Shown here in pieces: positions 50,275-63,667 of a stretch of DNA of 64,000 nucleotides. The notes below the pieces were generated by a model. That model saw only the letters and a program-made list of their open reading frames with translations. It was not told the origin of the DNA and did not search any database. How positions within the stretch are numbered: position 1 is the first letter of the stretch; each line of letters opens with the position of its first letter. The translations under genes were made by a program, and so were the position numbers. The DNA is taken from positions 417,458 through 481,457 of the forward strand of contig NW_015175996.1 in NCBI RefSeq assembly GCF_001447785.1. Direction: 5' to 3'. This DNA is from Gekko japonicus (lineage: Eukaryota).

Positions 50275-50979
50275 CATATTGTATATTTTTCCTTTTTCAG
50301 ATTGATGGAAACATTCTCACAGTTTATCATTTGAAAGAATTCTGCTAAGTAGGAAGCTACATTCTTGTGAATCTGGTGTAGCAGCCTTGTGATTATAATA
50401 TGCTGGGGACATAATGGGATTATGCGATCAATGTGATTATAATGTACTGGGGGGATATAAGCACCTAATGGAAGTAAACATCAAGCAGCATTTAAAAAGA
50501 GCTATTGATTATTCTAAATTGAAAATCCTGGGCTTCCTGCATAACCTCACAATGCCTTCTTATCTGAGTAGTCAATACTTGATTTCTAAGGCTTGCCCAC
50601 TTGGGCTTCTGTTCCTAAAAGGAGATGCAAGTGTTTTGTAAATAATTCAGCATTTTGTTCAAGAGACCTTTTTTTTTAAAGACAGGAAGGAATGATGGTG
50701 TTGTCATTTCAGTTCTTGAGGCCTTAAAGACAGGTAAACCTGCTCTGTAAAGAATGTATGGATATTATATAACATATATTTTGGAAACACTTTTAAAAGA
50801 TGTCTCAAATAACTTTGTCAATGTGCAGAGATCTGGAATTCCTTCACTGCCAAAGAATAATTTTCTGCTCTCTTGATCATGTTCACGTTTTTGCAACAAT
50901 TTAGAGTCATAATGGCACCTGGATGTGCTAAAGTTGAGTGAAACAGGAGTCCTGGAAGGAGAATATTAAGAAGGCTGGC

Positions 50980-51986
50980 TTCCAGCATCTCTGGAGCATG
51001 CCTTGGACCCAGGTGGCAGCAGTGGAGGCCTGGGAGGAGACAACAGTTCCAGGCGATGGTGTCCCTCAGGCCATCACCAGCTAGGAATATGGATGGGCAG
51101 AGCAGAAAGCTGCAAAAACAGCTGAGTGGCTGGGAGAGTGCCCCACTGCTCAGCTGTTTTAGGCTTTCTTTTAAAGGGACTGTACAAGAAAGCCGGGAAA
51201 TGGGGAGCAGCCTGTCTGGGGTTGGGCGCTGCTTCAAAAGGGGAACCCCCCATCCATTGCCCGGTAATTTGGGAGAGCCTGAATGCTCACCCACCCTCCC
51301 CCATTATCTGAGGATGCCCCCTGGACCTCCTATCAGGAACTGACCCAGGAATCCAGTGGAGGAGGAGGCAGAGGAGGGGCAACAAGCTGAGGTGATCAGT
51401 GGAGAAGATAACCACAGCAAGCCACACAGCAGGGCTGCAGCCAGATGATGTGGTGGCAGTATAGTGCCTAGGCCCACCCTAGGAGTCCAGGGAGGAGATG
51501 GAGGTGCTGGCAGGGAAGCAGGCCCCTCTAGTCTGGGGACCACATGGGTTCGGCATCCCCTGTGGCCAGCCAGCTCCCTGCTGGGCCTGGCTTTCTCACC
51601 ACTGCTGGAAGATGCCCAACCCACTTGGTCCCCAGGCTGGAACAGCCTCCTTCCCTACTAGTGCCACCTCCCCACCCTGGGTTCCTGGGGTGGGCCTGGC
51701 CACTTTACTGATGCTGCTTCCCATTTCTTGGCTTTCTTGTGCATTCCATTTAAACTTTAAAGGGACTGCACAAGAAGGCCTGAAACAGCTGAGTGGCTCA
51801 GAGTGCTTCCACTGCTCAACTGCTTTCTAAAAACCTCATTTCAACGGACAGCAGTCCCTTTGAACGAGGTTTGCTGGGCCCACAAACTACTAACTGAACC
51901 AGTTCATCAGAAAGCGAACCGGTTTGATTTACGGTTTGGCAACAAATTGAACTGAACCGTATTTTAGCAGTTCATGCTCATCCCTA
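50980..51986. mobile_element. Partial TAGGGATG-type DNA transposon
   Basis: Ends gaaccgg/gaactgaacc...gttcatgctcatcccta, with internal inverted segments (51110-51190 versus 51750-51830). Left end uncertain. Confidence 0.5.
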
Positions 51987-53417
51987 GTTAGGAATAAGAT
52001 GAGCCCCAGTACTGCCTCAGTACTCTTGAATGACTGTTGTGCCAGATGGTGCTGAATCCTCTGTGAAGTATTCTGCATTTACATTCTGAGGACAGGATCC
52101 AAAGTACCTCAAGCAGGACTCTACTTATAAAACTGATCTTTCCCACTCTGATGGACAGTTACAAGTTTCTCTCTCCAGGCACCTCAGCCAATCGCTTTCA
52201 ATGGTGAATTGCAATGTTGGAGGGGGGGGGGAGTGTTCAGCTGTTTAACTTCTGGCCAGTTGCCAGAGTTGGAAGTTGGATTTTGCCTGGAGAAGGGTTA
52301 AGAGGTCTGCTGGTTAGGCAGGGAATCCATTAAGGACTTAAGGTACTTTGAAGATGTGTAGAGTTTGGATGCTGTTTGTGTCAAAAACAGTTGCCTTTCT
52401 GTTCCATGTCTGAATTTGAATAAGTCAAACAAGAAACTTTCTTCATAACTGTTACACTCTCTCAGGTCCCAGCTCTCCAGAAGCAGCCAAGCCGAAGGAG
52501 TAAAAAGAAACAGCCAAGCCACACATACCACTGAAATAAACCTGTTTCTTAGTTGTTTTCGTCAAGCCTGTGTAGTTCCTTCAAACCTATAATCCCTGCA
52601 TAATAGGCCAAGTGAATACTGGGTGGCACCCTGAGTCCACACACTGCCCTCATTGAGGACTGAAGTCTCAACTATAAACACCCCTCCTCCAAAAATATAT
52701 ATTTAAAAAGTTGGTAGGTTGTGAAATGTAAGTCCTTGTTTTCTAGGTCTAGAGATGGAGTGTTGTCATACCCACTTTCCTCTCTTTTATGCAATCCACC
52801 CTGTGCCATCTAAGAAACCATTCCTGATGAGAAGGGGACTCTCAAAAGCAGTGTGTGATGTAGTGAAGGGAAAGGATGCAGCCCAAGTGTGCAGTTTTCA
52901 CACACACACACACACACAGTACAAGCAGAAGAGATTTCTGCTTGCACAAGAACACCTTTGGATACAATCTGTATAAAGATGCCTAGTGCTGAAGTTGTTT
53001 ATTATTTATTGACTAGTTTGTACCTAACTGGATTTTATTTAAGCTTAGGAAGCTTGCAAGTCTGGTTTATACTGAAGTACATTCACTCATGAAATTTCCT
53101 TCATAGGAAGAGAAAACATAGTGATCTACAGAACATTTGAAATTCTACTTTTTAGAATACCTGTGGGAAAGAAAGGATTTCTTTCTTTTCTCTCCTTCAT
53201 CTTCTTCTTTTGAGAATTCCTATATTAATTTGTTTTTATCTGTGAAAATATTTTTTTAGAATAAGAGAATTCTGCTTTTGTTCCACTTCTGTCTGATCAA
53301 TCTGATCTCAACCTAAACAATTTCTGCCACTATATCAGATATCTAATTTACTCTCTTTTTAAATCTCACTATATTTGAGAGGTAATTACATTTTCTTTAA
53401 TTGCCAGCAGCGGAAAT

Positions 53418-53612
53418 GGTTCCTGTGGTTCAGTGGTAGATGATCTGCTTGGTGTGCAGAAGGTCCCAGATTCATTCCCTGGAATCTCCAGTTAAAGGAT
53501 CAGGTGACAAGTGATATGTAAAACCTCAGAAAGAGACTCTAGAGAGCCATTGCCAATGTCAGCAGGCAACACTGACCTTGATGGACCAACGGTCTGATTC
53601 AGTTTCATGCAT
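53418..53612 (+). mobile_element. tRNA-derived SINE (same family as 10395)
   Basis: gtggttcagtggtaga...gcagaaggtcccagattc...ggtctgattcagt. Confidence 0.8.
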
Positions 53613-53814
53613 TCATCCCTACATGCTGTGAAAAGAACCTCAGAGGGGAGCTGATAATATAGACTGCGTCTGTGATGCTGGGAATGGGAGGCTCACATCC
53701 TCCCCCCGCCTCATGTAATTTCCTTGATTTTAAACTTATTTCAGGCTGCTTTTGACCCCAGTTGTAAAGGGAAGCACCTGACTTTTTTCCTTACTGGTAC
53801 AAAAAGCAGACTGT

Positions 53815-55517
53815 GGAGTAATTTTGACTGGGTGCTCAGTGTGGAGTGTTTATTCCAACCCCCTTTCCTTAACTGTCTGGGAGTTGGCAAATGACACAGT
53901 GAGGGGATATGATCACAGATCCAAAATGATATTTGTCATTTGGCCCTTAGCTGGGCTTTGCAAAAGGGCAGGAAGACAGCTCCTGGAGTGGTGTTTATCC
54001 CCCCCCCCTTCCTTAACTGCTGGGGAGAGAGAGCTGAGGTTACTGTGTGGGAGGACAGTGATTGAGGGTGTGTATAGCCTGCTGGAGAGTGGTGCCTGTT
54101 TCCTGATTGCAGAAGGTGATTGCAGAAGGTGATTTCTGTTGATTGGGGAGGGTCTGTTTTGCCTGGGGCTGACTGCTGGACCCACCCTCTGCTGGGCGAG
54201 CCTTGAATTTGTCAGAATCATCTGCACCAGAAGCAGAGCACAATTAGCTGGGCTCTGTGAAGGAGCAGGAAACGAGCTCCTGGAGTGTTTCAGGATATGT
54301 CAACACACCAAGGTATTTCTAGGTGAAATAATCCACTTGGGGAAGTGATATTGAATGCTCACAGACCATTCCAGTCACCTGCGGGGAGTGTGCCATGTTT
54401 GTCTTCCTCCCTGAGGACAAGACAGATGACACTTGTCAGAAGTGCAAATTGACAGGAGTCTTAGAGGAGAAGGTTCAAAGACTGAAGGAAAGGATTACTA
54501 TTCTCCATGAGATTAGGGAAGGGAAGGAGTTCATTAACAGAAGTCTTGACATCCTGGATAGGGAAGGAGAGACCAGTCAAAGGGACAACAGTGTGGTTGA
54601 CTGTCCTAACAAGACTCCTCAGGACCCCAAAGGCGTTGAGCAAGATCAGTGCCATTAGGAATCAATTCCAGGCCCTTGCAGTGGAGGCAGAGATGGAAAC
54701 ACTGCCAGTGAAAGTATCATAGACACAAGGAAGACAGAGGGAAGAGAATATGGAGATAAAAAGAAGGAAAAGGACGGTGTTAATTGCCAGGGGTGAAAAA
54801 TAAATAGGATCCTAAAACTCATAAAACAGGCAGAGCATTACCCATTTGTGATGGTCCATGTGGAACCAACAACACAAGCATAAACACCATCAAAAGCATT
54901 AAGGCTGACTGTGACGCTCTCAGGAGGAAGCTGAAGGGAATGGGGGCACAGGTGGTGTTCTCTTCAGTCCTTCATGTCATAGAAAGGGGAATATGACAGG
55001 AACTGATGTTAATGGAGGTGAACCACTGGCTGTGTTGCTGTGTTGGTGGTGCTGGCAGGAGCAATTTGGATTCTGGGACCACAGGCTAGGTTTTCTGGAT
55101 GACAGCCTACTGGCAAGTGATGGACTTCACTTGTCAAGGTCAAGGAAGAATGTGTTTGGCAGAAACTTGGGGAGATTCATCAAGAGGGAAGGATACAACC
55201 AATATAGGGATTTAAATAAAGGAGAGCAAACAACAAAGTCCCACTTAGAGGAGGACAGGGAGAGGGTAGGACTCGCAATAATGGGTTTAAATTAAGGGCA
55301 GGAAGGTATGGCTGGATATCAGGGGAAACATTTTTATAGCAGGAGTTCTGCAATAGTGGAATCAGCTGCCTAGGGGAGGTGATTCTCATTGCCAATCTTT
55401 AAGCAGTGGCTGGACAAACACCTGTCAGGGATACTCTAGGCTGATCCTGCATTGAGCAGGGGGTTGGACTACATGCCCTGTATGGCCCCTTCCAACTCTG
55501 TGAATCCATGATTCTAA
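53815..55517 (+). mobile_element. CR1 with 5'UTR and ORF1 joined directly to the CR1 3' end; ORF2 essentially absent
   Basis: ORF1 zinc finger/leucine zipper (CGECAMF...TCQKCKL...LEEKVQRLKERI) and esterase motif DGLHLSR (~55120). From ~55260: ggactcgcaataatgggtttaaa...ccaactctgtgaatccatgattcta. Confidence 0.8.
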
Positions 55518-57399
55518 AGTCTCTCCTCCCTGCATTCTAGCTGAATCTGGCTCTTCCTTTCTCTACAGATGATAAGAGTAAGAATGTTTATACAGGTAAC
55601 ATGAGCATTTGATATTACAGGGCAATCCTTCTAAGGATACAACTCTGCTTGGGATGGCTCTGTAATCACAAAATGACTCCTTTTTTCTCAAAAGCAAATG
55701 AAAAGAAAGGGTTTTTTTAAACTATCTTCAGGAAAACAGAACCCATGCTAAAAACCCATTGTGGTCCTATGAGAGTCATTGGCACAGCAAATATTAATTC
55801 ATCTACAGATATACAAGGAAGTAATGTCATGGTTAGTGCTCATGCTGGCTGTAAGATAGTGAATATGCATCATTTACAAAACACGCAAACACAATTGAGG
55901 CATAAATAAAGTATAAGAGGAGTCTTTCACTGATTACCTCCTTTCAGTTTATTTCCCTAAAGATTTTCAAGAGAAAGAGTCACCATGTAAGTAAGATAAT
56001 CTAATGCAAGAAGGGATCGATTTCATACTGCTGCTATCATGGGGATCAAGAATAGTGGTAGAACTCAGTCATCTATATTCAGTATTATTAATATGTTTCC
56101 CACTGAGTGTTTTTCTGAAGTGAAACTATATGACTACCTTCTATTGAACTCTTGTAGATACCTTGGTGATCATGGTTAAGAGGTTTTTTAAAAAATACTT
56201 AGTGTCTGTATTATCTACGGCACAAAATAGAGTCATATGGAATGACAGAAAAACTGTTTTCCTTGTACATGCCATTTTCTGTTCTGCCCCAAAAGTCTGC
56301 ATGTACCCTTTCGTTCATGGTTGACATCCAGTGGTGATTTTGTGCCATTATATTCCAAATTGCTGTCAGTTACTCTTTACCTTCTTTTTTTTTTTACTGA
56401 CAAAGTAGGAATTTCCACAGCTTCCACTGACAAGTGTTTCTTCTCATTCAGTCTGTAGAGACATCAGCCAGATGCCTTTGTTCGTCCAAACTTGATCTTG
56501 AGTCACAGAGTTGATCACCCAAGCCTGGCCTGCTTTTCTTTCTACTTATTTATTTTTCATAACCCTGAGGCTGACATACATGCAACAGTGGGCTCCTTCT
56601 TTATATTTAAATGTATTTACTAAACCATAAAATTACCTATAAATCATTGCACTTTGTTATTTTCAAGCAGAACTGAACACTGGAAAGTGATTCAGAAATA
56701 CTATTCAGAATACAAGTACTTCAATAAACAATGCATTTATTTATATATTTAATTTATATACTGCACCCTCTTCACACATTGGATTTGTATATTTATTTCA
56801 TTTACCACATTTATGTCCCACCTTTCTGCCCAGTAATAGGCACAGTCTGGCAGAATTATACAATTTCTGTTATCATGTGAGCTGTATTGAAAGAGACAAC
56901 TTTTCCGCTGAGTGTAGTGTGACCTGATGATGGCAGACAATGAGCAGTAGTGGGTAATGGGTTGTTCCACATGCACAGAATGTGTTCTGTAGAAATCATT
57001 ACGTTTCTCAGGTTCTTCATGGGTGTACTGAGAGAGCTATGGAACAGAAATGTGGATTTGTTTGGCAGAGAAATTAATTTTCATTCTGGGAAACAGGACT
57101 GAAATGTCACTTGATCTAGCACTCTTTGCTTTGTACTTACTTCTGTATCCTTCTAATACCTATTAGACCTATACATTTACAAATAAACACATTATTACTG
57201 AGAAATCAGTCAAAAGCTGCCAGGGTTCTCTTTTGAAAAGAAGTTTATCATGTAAACGGTGCCCTAAAATCTCTATTGTTGAAAGTGGTTATGCAAAATA
57301 AGTCACTTTGAGAGGGGGAGAGATCGAGAGAGATCCTGTTTAGCATTCCAGAATTGTTGCTGAAAGTTCTCATAAAATCTCACAACTTTGCCATGAACT

Positions 57400-59195
57400 C
57401 ACTGCCAGTTTGAAGGCTGAATGCATACTGGAGGCTTCATGGGTTCCATATGGACCTGTTTTGGACAAATTCTGCTTGCTCTCCTCACAGGATGTTGACA
57501 GGATTCTGGTGGGTGTGAAGCCTACAACCTACTCCTTGGATCCTTGCCTATGTTGGGTGCTGAAAGCTAACTGAAAGGTGATAAGAGGCCCCCTGAGGGA
57601 GGTTATTAACCAGCTTCTCTCTCAGGGGTGCTTTCCTAGGTCCTTGAAGGCCCCTTCTTAAGAAACCACCTCTAGATAAAAAGGACCTAGCCAATTACCA
57701 CTCAGTGTCAGATTTACCATTTCTGCAAAAGGTAACTGAGAAAGCAGTGGATGAAGAGCTTCAGGTTTTCCTAGATGAAACCTCTGCACGTGGCCCTTTC
57801 CAATCCAGCTTCAGGCCTGGTTTTGGGACTGAGATTGTGCTTGTAGTTCTGGTGGATGATCTTCACCAACAATTAGACTGAGGCAGTTCAGCTGATTTAG
57901 TAGATCTGTCAGCAGCATTTGATACAGTTGATCATTTGGTCCCGGTCAACCATCTGGCCTCACTGGGGTATGTGGTATTGCCTTGAACTGGTTTTCCTCA
58001 TTCCTCCAGGGATGCTCTCAGAGTAGCTATTGGGGACCAGGTCACCTCCTTGTATGCATTAGATTGTGGTGTTCTGCAGGGTTTGGTTCTGTTCCTGATG
58101 TTGTTTAATATATATAGGTGCCCTCCAGCAGAACTTGTTAGGAGGTTTGGCATTGGGTGTCATCAATATGCTGGTGACACCCAACTCTGTCTCCTGCTGG
58201 TTAAGCAGCCAGATGTGACCCACTCAGCCTTGAGTCAGTGTCTTGATGCAATGGTTGGTTGAGGGATTTCTGGCTGAAGCTGAATCCATCAAATATGGGG
58301 ATCATGTTTCTGGCTGAAGCTGAATCCATCAAATACAGGGATCATGTGGCTGAGAAATACTGGGTCTCTGGCAGGACTGCAATTACCGGCTCCTGATGGA
58401 GTCCCATTCAGTCCAGTAGACTCAGTAAAGAGCCTGGGGAAGTGGCTTGATTCTGCCCTTCTGTTGGACAAACAAGTGTTCAAAGTGGTGAGGTCAGCAT
58501 TTTTCTTTCTACACTAAGCCTGCCAACTGGCCCTCTATTTGGCCTGACCTTATCTTGCCACAGTGATCCATGACATGGTAACCTCCACATTGGACTACTG
58601 CAGTGTGCTCTATGCAGGGCTGCCCTTGGGGATACTTTGGAAACTTCAGGTGATCCAGAATGCAGCTGCCAGACTGTTGACCAACTCGTCTTGGTCTGCT
58701 CATATACAGCCAATTTTGAGGCAACTGCCCTGGTTGCAAATTTGTTTCCAGATGAGGTTCAAGATGCTGATTACAACTTTTAAAGCCCTAAATGATCTGG
58801 GACTGGCATAACTGAAGGACTGCCTCTCCCAATGTATCCCCTCACGGTGCTTACACTCATCATTGCACTGGTCCTTGGGAAGTCTCTCTTGCTTCCACCA
58901 GGGTGAGGGATTTTTCCATCATAGCGTCATCATGGTGGTATCCCTGCGGGACCTGCTAAGGTTCTACAGGGTACACAAGATGGAATTGTTCTGGCAAGTC
59001 TTTGGTTAATCTTTGTTTTCAGTTGTTATTGATTTCTCTTTTGAACATTTTCAAGGTACCAGGAGAATGTCAGGATTTTAACTGCTTAACTGTTTTAATG
59101 GTTTTGTTGCATTTTTTAAATGCTGTGAGCCACCCTGAGCCCCACATTGCAAGAGAGGGGTGAGACATAAATCTCTAAATAAATAAAATAAAATT
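57400..59195 (+). mobile_element. L2 LINE 3' ~1.8 kb (decayed RT)
   Basis: QSSFRPGFGTE, DLSAAFDTVDH, HQYAGDTQL and LDYCSVLYAGLP...LQVIQNAAARLL; tgtgagccaccctgagccc and (AAAT)n tail. Confidence 0.92.
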
Positions 59196-61277
59196 TACAT
59201 AATTAAATATTAAATATTTTCTGAAGTCCCATTGAACTCTTTTTGAAATTATTTAAATTGATACATAATCTTCTTGCAGAGTAATGCTAAGGCCAGTATC
59301 TTATGGTTCTCCCAGTGAGGAACATTCATCCACCCACCCCCATCAGTCAGCCAACTCCAATGAGCTGAGAGCAGAAAAAGTGCACTGGAACCAATAGCAA
59401 TTAGCTGACCTCTACCAGTTTCAGAGCAGCATGCTGACAATGCCCATCAGCCATATATAGAAGCAGCCAACCAGTACATGCCTCCTTGACATCACCATAC
59501 CACCCTCCCACTTGCAGAACATAGCAAATGAGGACATCCAGGTAACACAGCATCCTTCTCTGTGGACAGGACTATGTTGTGTCCAGTAGAATCCCTTTAC
59601 CTACTACACTGCTGGAAACCCTGCAGATAGGGGTTTAAATACAACACGCAGCGAAGGAAGCACGGCCACTCCAGCCAGGTCACCCAGACAACACTGCAGT
59701 TCATATGGCAGAGGACAGCTCACCTCCACACCTGAAAGAGAGGTCATGGCTTCTCCCAAACAAGGGCTAAAGTCCTGTTAGGAAATAATGCTCTGTGGAG
59801 ACAAAGAGAGAGAGACAGAGAGAAACAAGAGAACATGCAACTGTCATTCATATTTCTGTCAGCTTCCCAATAGATTACTGTTGAAAAACGCTGTTATGGC
59901 AAGTAGGAGTGAGATGATTCAAATCATACCAAGCGGGAAGATAGGCCAGAAACACTAGAGAAAAGCACAGCATGTTGGAAAATCACAGGTTTCCTCTGCT
60001 TGATGTTTTCATTTCAAACCCTGCATATGGTGAACTACTACATAGTGCTGCTAAGAGTCCCAAGCTGTTTTGAACCATCAAACTGTATCATTAAGTATGG
60101 GATGCTGCTCCACACACCACATCTTCCTGCTTTTCATTTACCCAGATATCAGTCCATCTGCCACATTCAAAAGGTTCATAGATTTCACATACTGTAATTC
60201 TTCCCATCAACCCTTGTTCTCCATCTCTCCTTTCTCCATTATGCAATCTGCCTAATTTATAATACCCCCCCCATCCCTACATATGAAAGTATAATGATTT
60301 TCTTTTCCTTGAGCATACCCCTAGTGGGTGGGTCAGCCACAGCAGCCAAAGCTTGCTGCCAGATCTGGCCATCACACCAGGATACCATGCCTCTGAGTTG
60401 GTGCTCTGTGGGTGTTTTATGCACCTCCTATGATTTGTGCAAGTGCTGCAGCTTGACGGTCTTTGTTATAGCATCTTCCTTGGGAAAAATCCTTGGCCAC
60501 TGACATTCCATTTTAATGACTTTCTGTTACTTATGTGAGTTTTGGTGGTGTTTTTGCTTTGTTTTGAAATTTGGTATGGATTTTTATCTTCATAGTCTTT
60601 GTGTTTTGCATATCATTTGTATTTTATTTTGCCTTGATATTTCATGACTATTAAGGAAAAATAACTATAAATCAAAATAATTTGAAATGTCATACTCATT
60701 GTCTTGTTTAGAAGTGTATAAAAGATTGTTTTTATAGAAACGTAGTCAATTTTATACCATTCCTAGCTTGTGTATTTTCCCCCTCCTCCTCTTCCCTCAT
60801 TATTCATGCCACTAGATAGATTTGTCATTAATCGTTCTGTTCGCAAAGCTTATTTCCCTTTTTCCATCCAAGTTCATTGCTAATGAATAATGCATCTCTT
60901 TGCCATTTCACATCTTACAAGCTCTATCTTACTCTAAAGTAGCTAGGCTAACCTGAAAGGGAAGACAAATTAGTTGCATTCAACTGGAATCAGAATGCAA
61001 GCAACTGAAAAGAGCTTAAAAATGAGCACAATTGAATGAAATTAAATGATGGGGTTCAAGTAGTGGAAAACCTTAGTGGTAAAAACTCATCACATACAAC
61101 TAGGGAAGGAACACTGAATTATCTCAGAAAGTGGGAGCAAACTGCGAAGAATTAAAATGGAGCAGTGGAAACATAAGTTGAACAGGAAATAAAAGGAGGG
61201 TGAAGTGAATGCCAGTGTTGAGAAGAGGAAGATGAGTGCACACTGCTGAAGCTTACCTTTTGGGAGGAGGGGGGTTG

Positions 61278-61488
61278 TGTGTATGTGTGCTTGAATGCCT
61301 GGAAGTCATGATGGCTTCTGGTGACCCCCTAGTGGGGTTTGGATGTTTCAGAGAGGTGGCATGATTGCCCTGGTATTCCTTGGAGGTCCTGAGCCCTGGT
61401 ATTCCTTGGAGGTCTCCCTGCCAATTACTTGCAGTGGTTGGTCTTGATCTGATGAGATCGGGCTTGCCTGAGCTATCCAGGTCAGGGG
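61278..61488 (-). mobile_element. 5S rRNA-derived SINE
   Basis: Minus strand cccctgacctggatagctcaggcaagcccgatctcatcagatc...gggagacctccaaggaatacc. Confidence 0.75.
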
Positions 61489-61718
61489 ATGCTGATGCTT
61501 AACTTTGAGGGCAGAGCTGGAGCAGGCCATTGTAGCATTGATGCCTGCCTTCTATCACCCAATAGGCATGAAGCTGAAGCTGCTGGCCAACTCTGTGTGC
61601 CACTTGTCTCCATCACCTGCAGATGCTTGTCACACTGTCCCCTCTTACCTATGTGGTGGATGAAATAGAACAAGTTTCTTCTTGCCAATCTATATGACCA
61701 GTAAAATTGAAAGAGGAC

Positions 61719-62810
61719 TGTTAGCCAAATTGCCTTGAATTCTCAATTAATCTAGGGGAAGTTATGATTATTAATTGGCAATAGGCAAATTAGGGTTCAC
61801 ACCAATTTATACAGAAGTCCTACCTTTGCTGTAGGTACCAGAACAGACACAAAGACTGTATTCAGTATAATATAATGTCTTTTTACTGGAGGATATATAT
61901 CATTCAAACAATACACAAGCACACACACATATATACTGATTCTCAGAAATAAAGATAGATAATTATCACATTTGCATGTGCAGGATATTCGTTAGTTGGG
62001 TGATATTTACCTGTCCTCATTGAGACGTTCCAATGGAAGAATGGAGGAGATAAGAATGGAAAATGGGGAACACGTGCTCTGAACCAGCAGAACCACGTGG
62101 ACTCTAGCTGCAGACTAGAGTTTAAAGATGGAGGTAGGGTATATGGATAGCAAGCTGGACACCAGAGGGTTAACGCTTCGATAGGGGTCGTAGAGAGGGA
62201 GAGAGAGCGACCATGTGGTCGGTCAGCATCTTTTATAAGGGGGGGGCAGGTTGAGCTGGCCACATCCCCCTGTGACACCTTCTGTTAGTCTGTCCCATAA
62301 AACATACTATTGGCTGGCTGGAAGAGGGGAGGTGGACTAAGGAGTGGTCAATATTGAGATCTAGAAACTTAGACTGTAAGCTGGCACCTGGGTGTAGGTA
62401 AGATGAGTCATCAGGTTAAGGCCATTGTCTCTTAATGGCCCTAGCCGGCTTGCTGATGCTTGAGCAATTAGTTGCTAAGCAACTATTATTGGAGTCTCAG
62501 AGCTACCTGCAGCTTTGCAGGTTTGGAGGGGGGGGTTTGCCTACATGTGCTTGAAGAAACTCCTAATGGAGTTTGCAGTTCTCGGTCCTTGTGTCTTTCC
62601 ATGGTATGGCGTGCAGGCTTATGGAACTGCTTCATCCCATAGCAGGTGAGATGGCTGGTGACTCTGGACCATCACTGGAGCAGCAACGCTAAAGGAAGGT
62701 GTCCCTCTTTCAGGTGTGCAGTCTCAACAGGTATTCCCAGGTCTCCATGTTGTACAGTCCCTTTGCACAGTCCATACAGTTCATATCATTGATAGGCTTG
62801 CATGGCAACA
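61719..62810 (-). mobile_element. Solo LTR (1092 bp)
   Basis: TGTTAGCC...GGCAACA termini, 5-bp TSD aggac (61714-61718, 62811-62815), TATA on the minus strand at ~62231. Confidence 0.8.
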
Positions 62811-63010
62811 AGGACCCTTGAAACTGCAGTGGTAACAGAGAATATTCTGAAACTGGATTTTAATTTATATTGATAATGGAATGATTACCCCTTTATTCAA
62901 ATCACTAATTTAACCATCAATTGTTTGTAGCACCTTCAAACACTCCCAACTTATTCTTTTTTAAAAGCATTCCAACATGGCCATTGTATTGCAAATACGT
63001 TCTACTTATA

Positions 63011-63667
63011 TTTATTTATTTTATTTATTTATTTATTTATTTATTCAATTTGTTATCCCGCCCTAACCCCTAAGGGTCTCTGGGCGGCTTACAGAGAGTG
63101 CTAATCACATTTACAGTATCTAACCTAGGGCCACAGATATACTACCCTACCAGGCACCCTTTTTGCGGTGGATCTTTGGTTGTCCTGTTCTTGCGAGCGG
63201 TAGTCGGCGGCGTCCTTTTCTGGTGCTGGTCTTTGGAGTTCCCTTCTTCCGGCTGTAGCGATTCCATTTCCAGCCAGGACCACTCGCACTTCCGTGCATG
63301 CTCCGCTGCGGCCTCTGTCCCGATGAGGCTTTGGCCTGCTGCGTTGCTCCGCCTCCGCACCAGTTGGTCCGGCCTCCTTCGCTTGCTTGCTCCTTGCCTC
63401 GCCAGCCACCATTTTTCTCCGCTGCCACCATCGACCACTGCTTCACTTCGCCGTTCGCTGCTGCAACAAAGGGACAGGTGCCCCCCTGCTCTAGTAGCAG
63501 GTACCCATTAGTCTAATCGCCCTTTAATGGGCTTTCGAGCCACTGGGTGGACGGGAGCTGGGACATAGGGCCGGGCGCTCACCCCGGCCGTGGTGGGGCT
63601 CGAACAGCCAAAGCTGTTCAGCCAGATGTATGTGCAGGCATCTCTTACCGCCTGCGCCACCGCTCCC
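63011..63667 (-). mobile_element. ~660-bp young SINE-like element: Sauria-like tRNA head, unique CpG-rich body, L2-type tail
   Basis: Minus strand gggagcggtggcgcaggcggtaagag (A box), gttcgagccc (B box), ggggtgagcgccc...cagctcc...gctcgaaagc; tail tgtaagccgcccagagac...gggcgggata(AATA)n. Confidence 0.75.

Noticed and set aside
55570-55578. Possible 9-nt micro-exon after a pyrimidine tract
   Set aside because: Such motifs arise by chance and no host gene was identified.
59601-59731. Minus-strand segment with good splice sites
   Set aside because: Stops occur in all three frames. It could only be a non-coding or terminal exon, which cannot be tested here.
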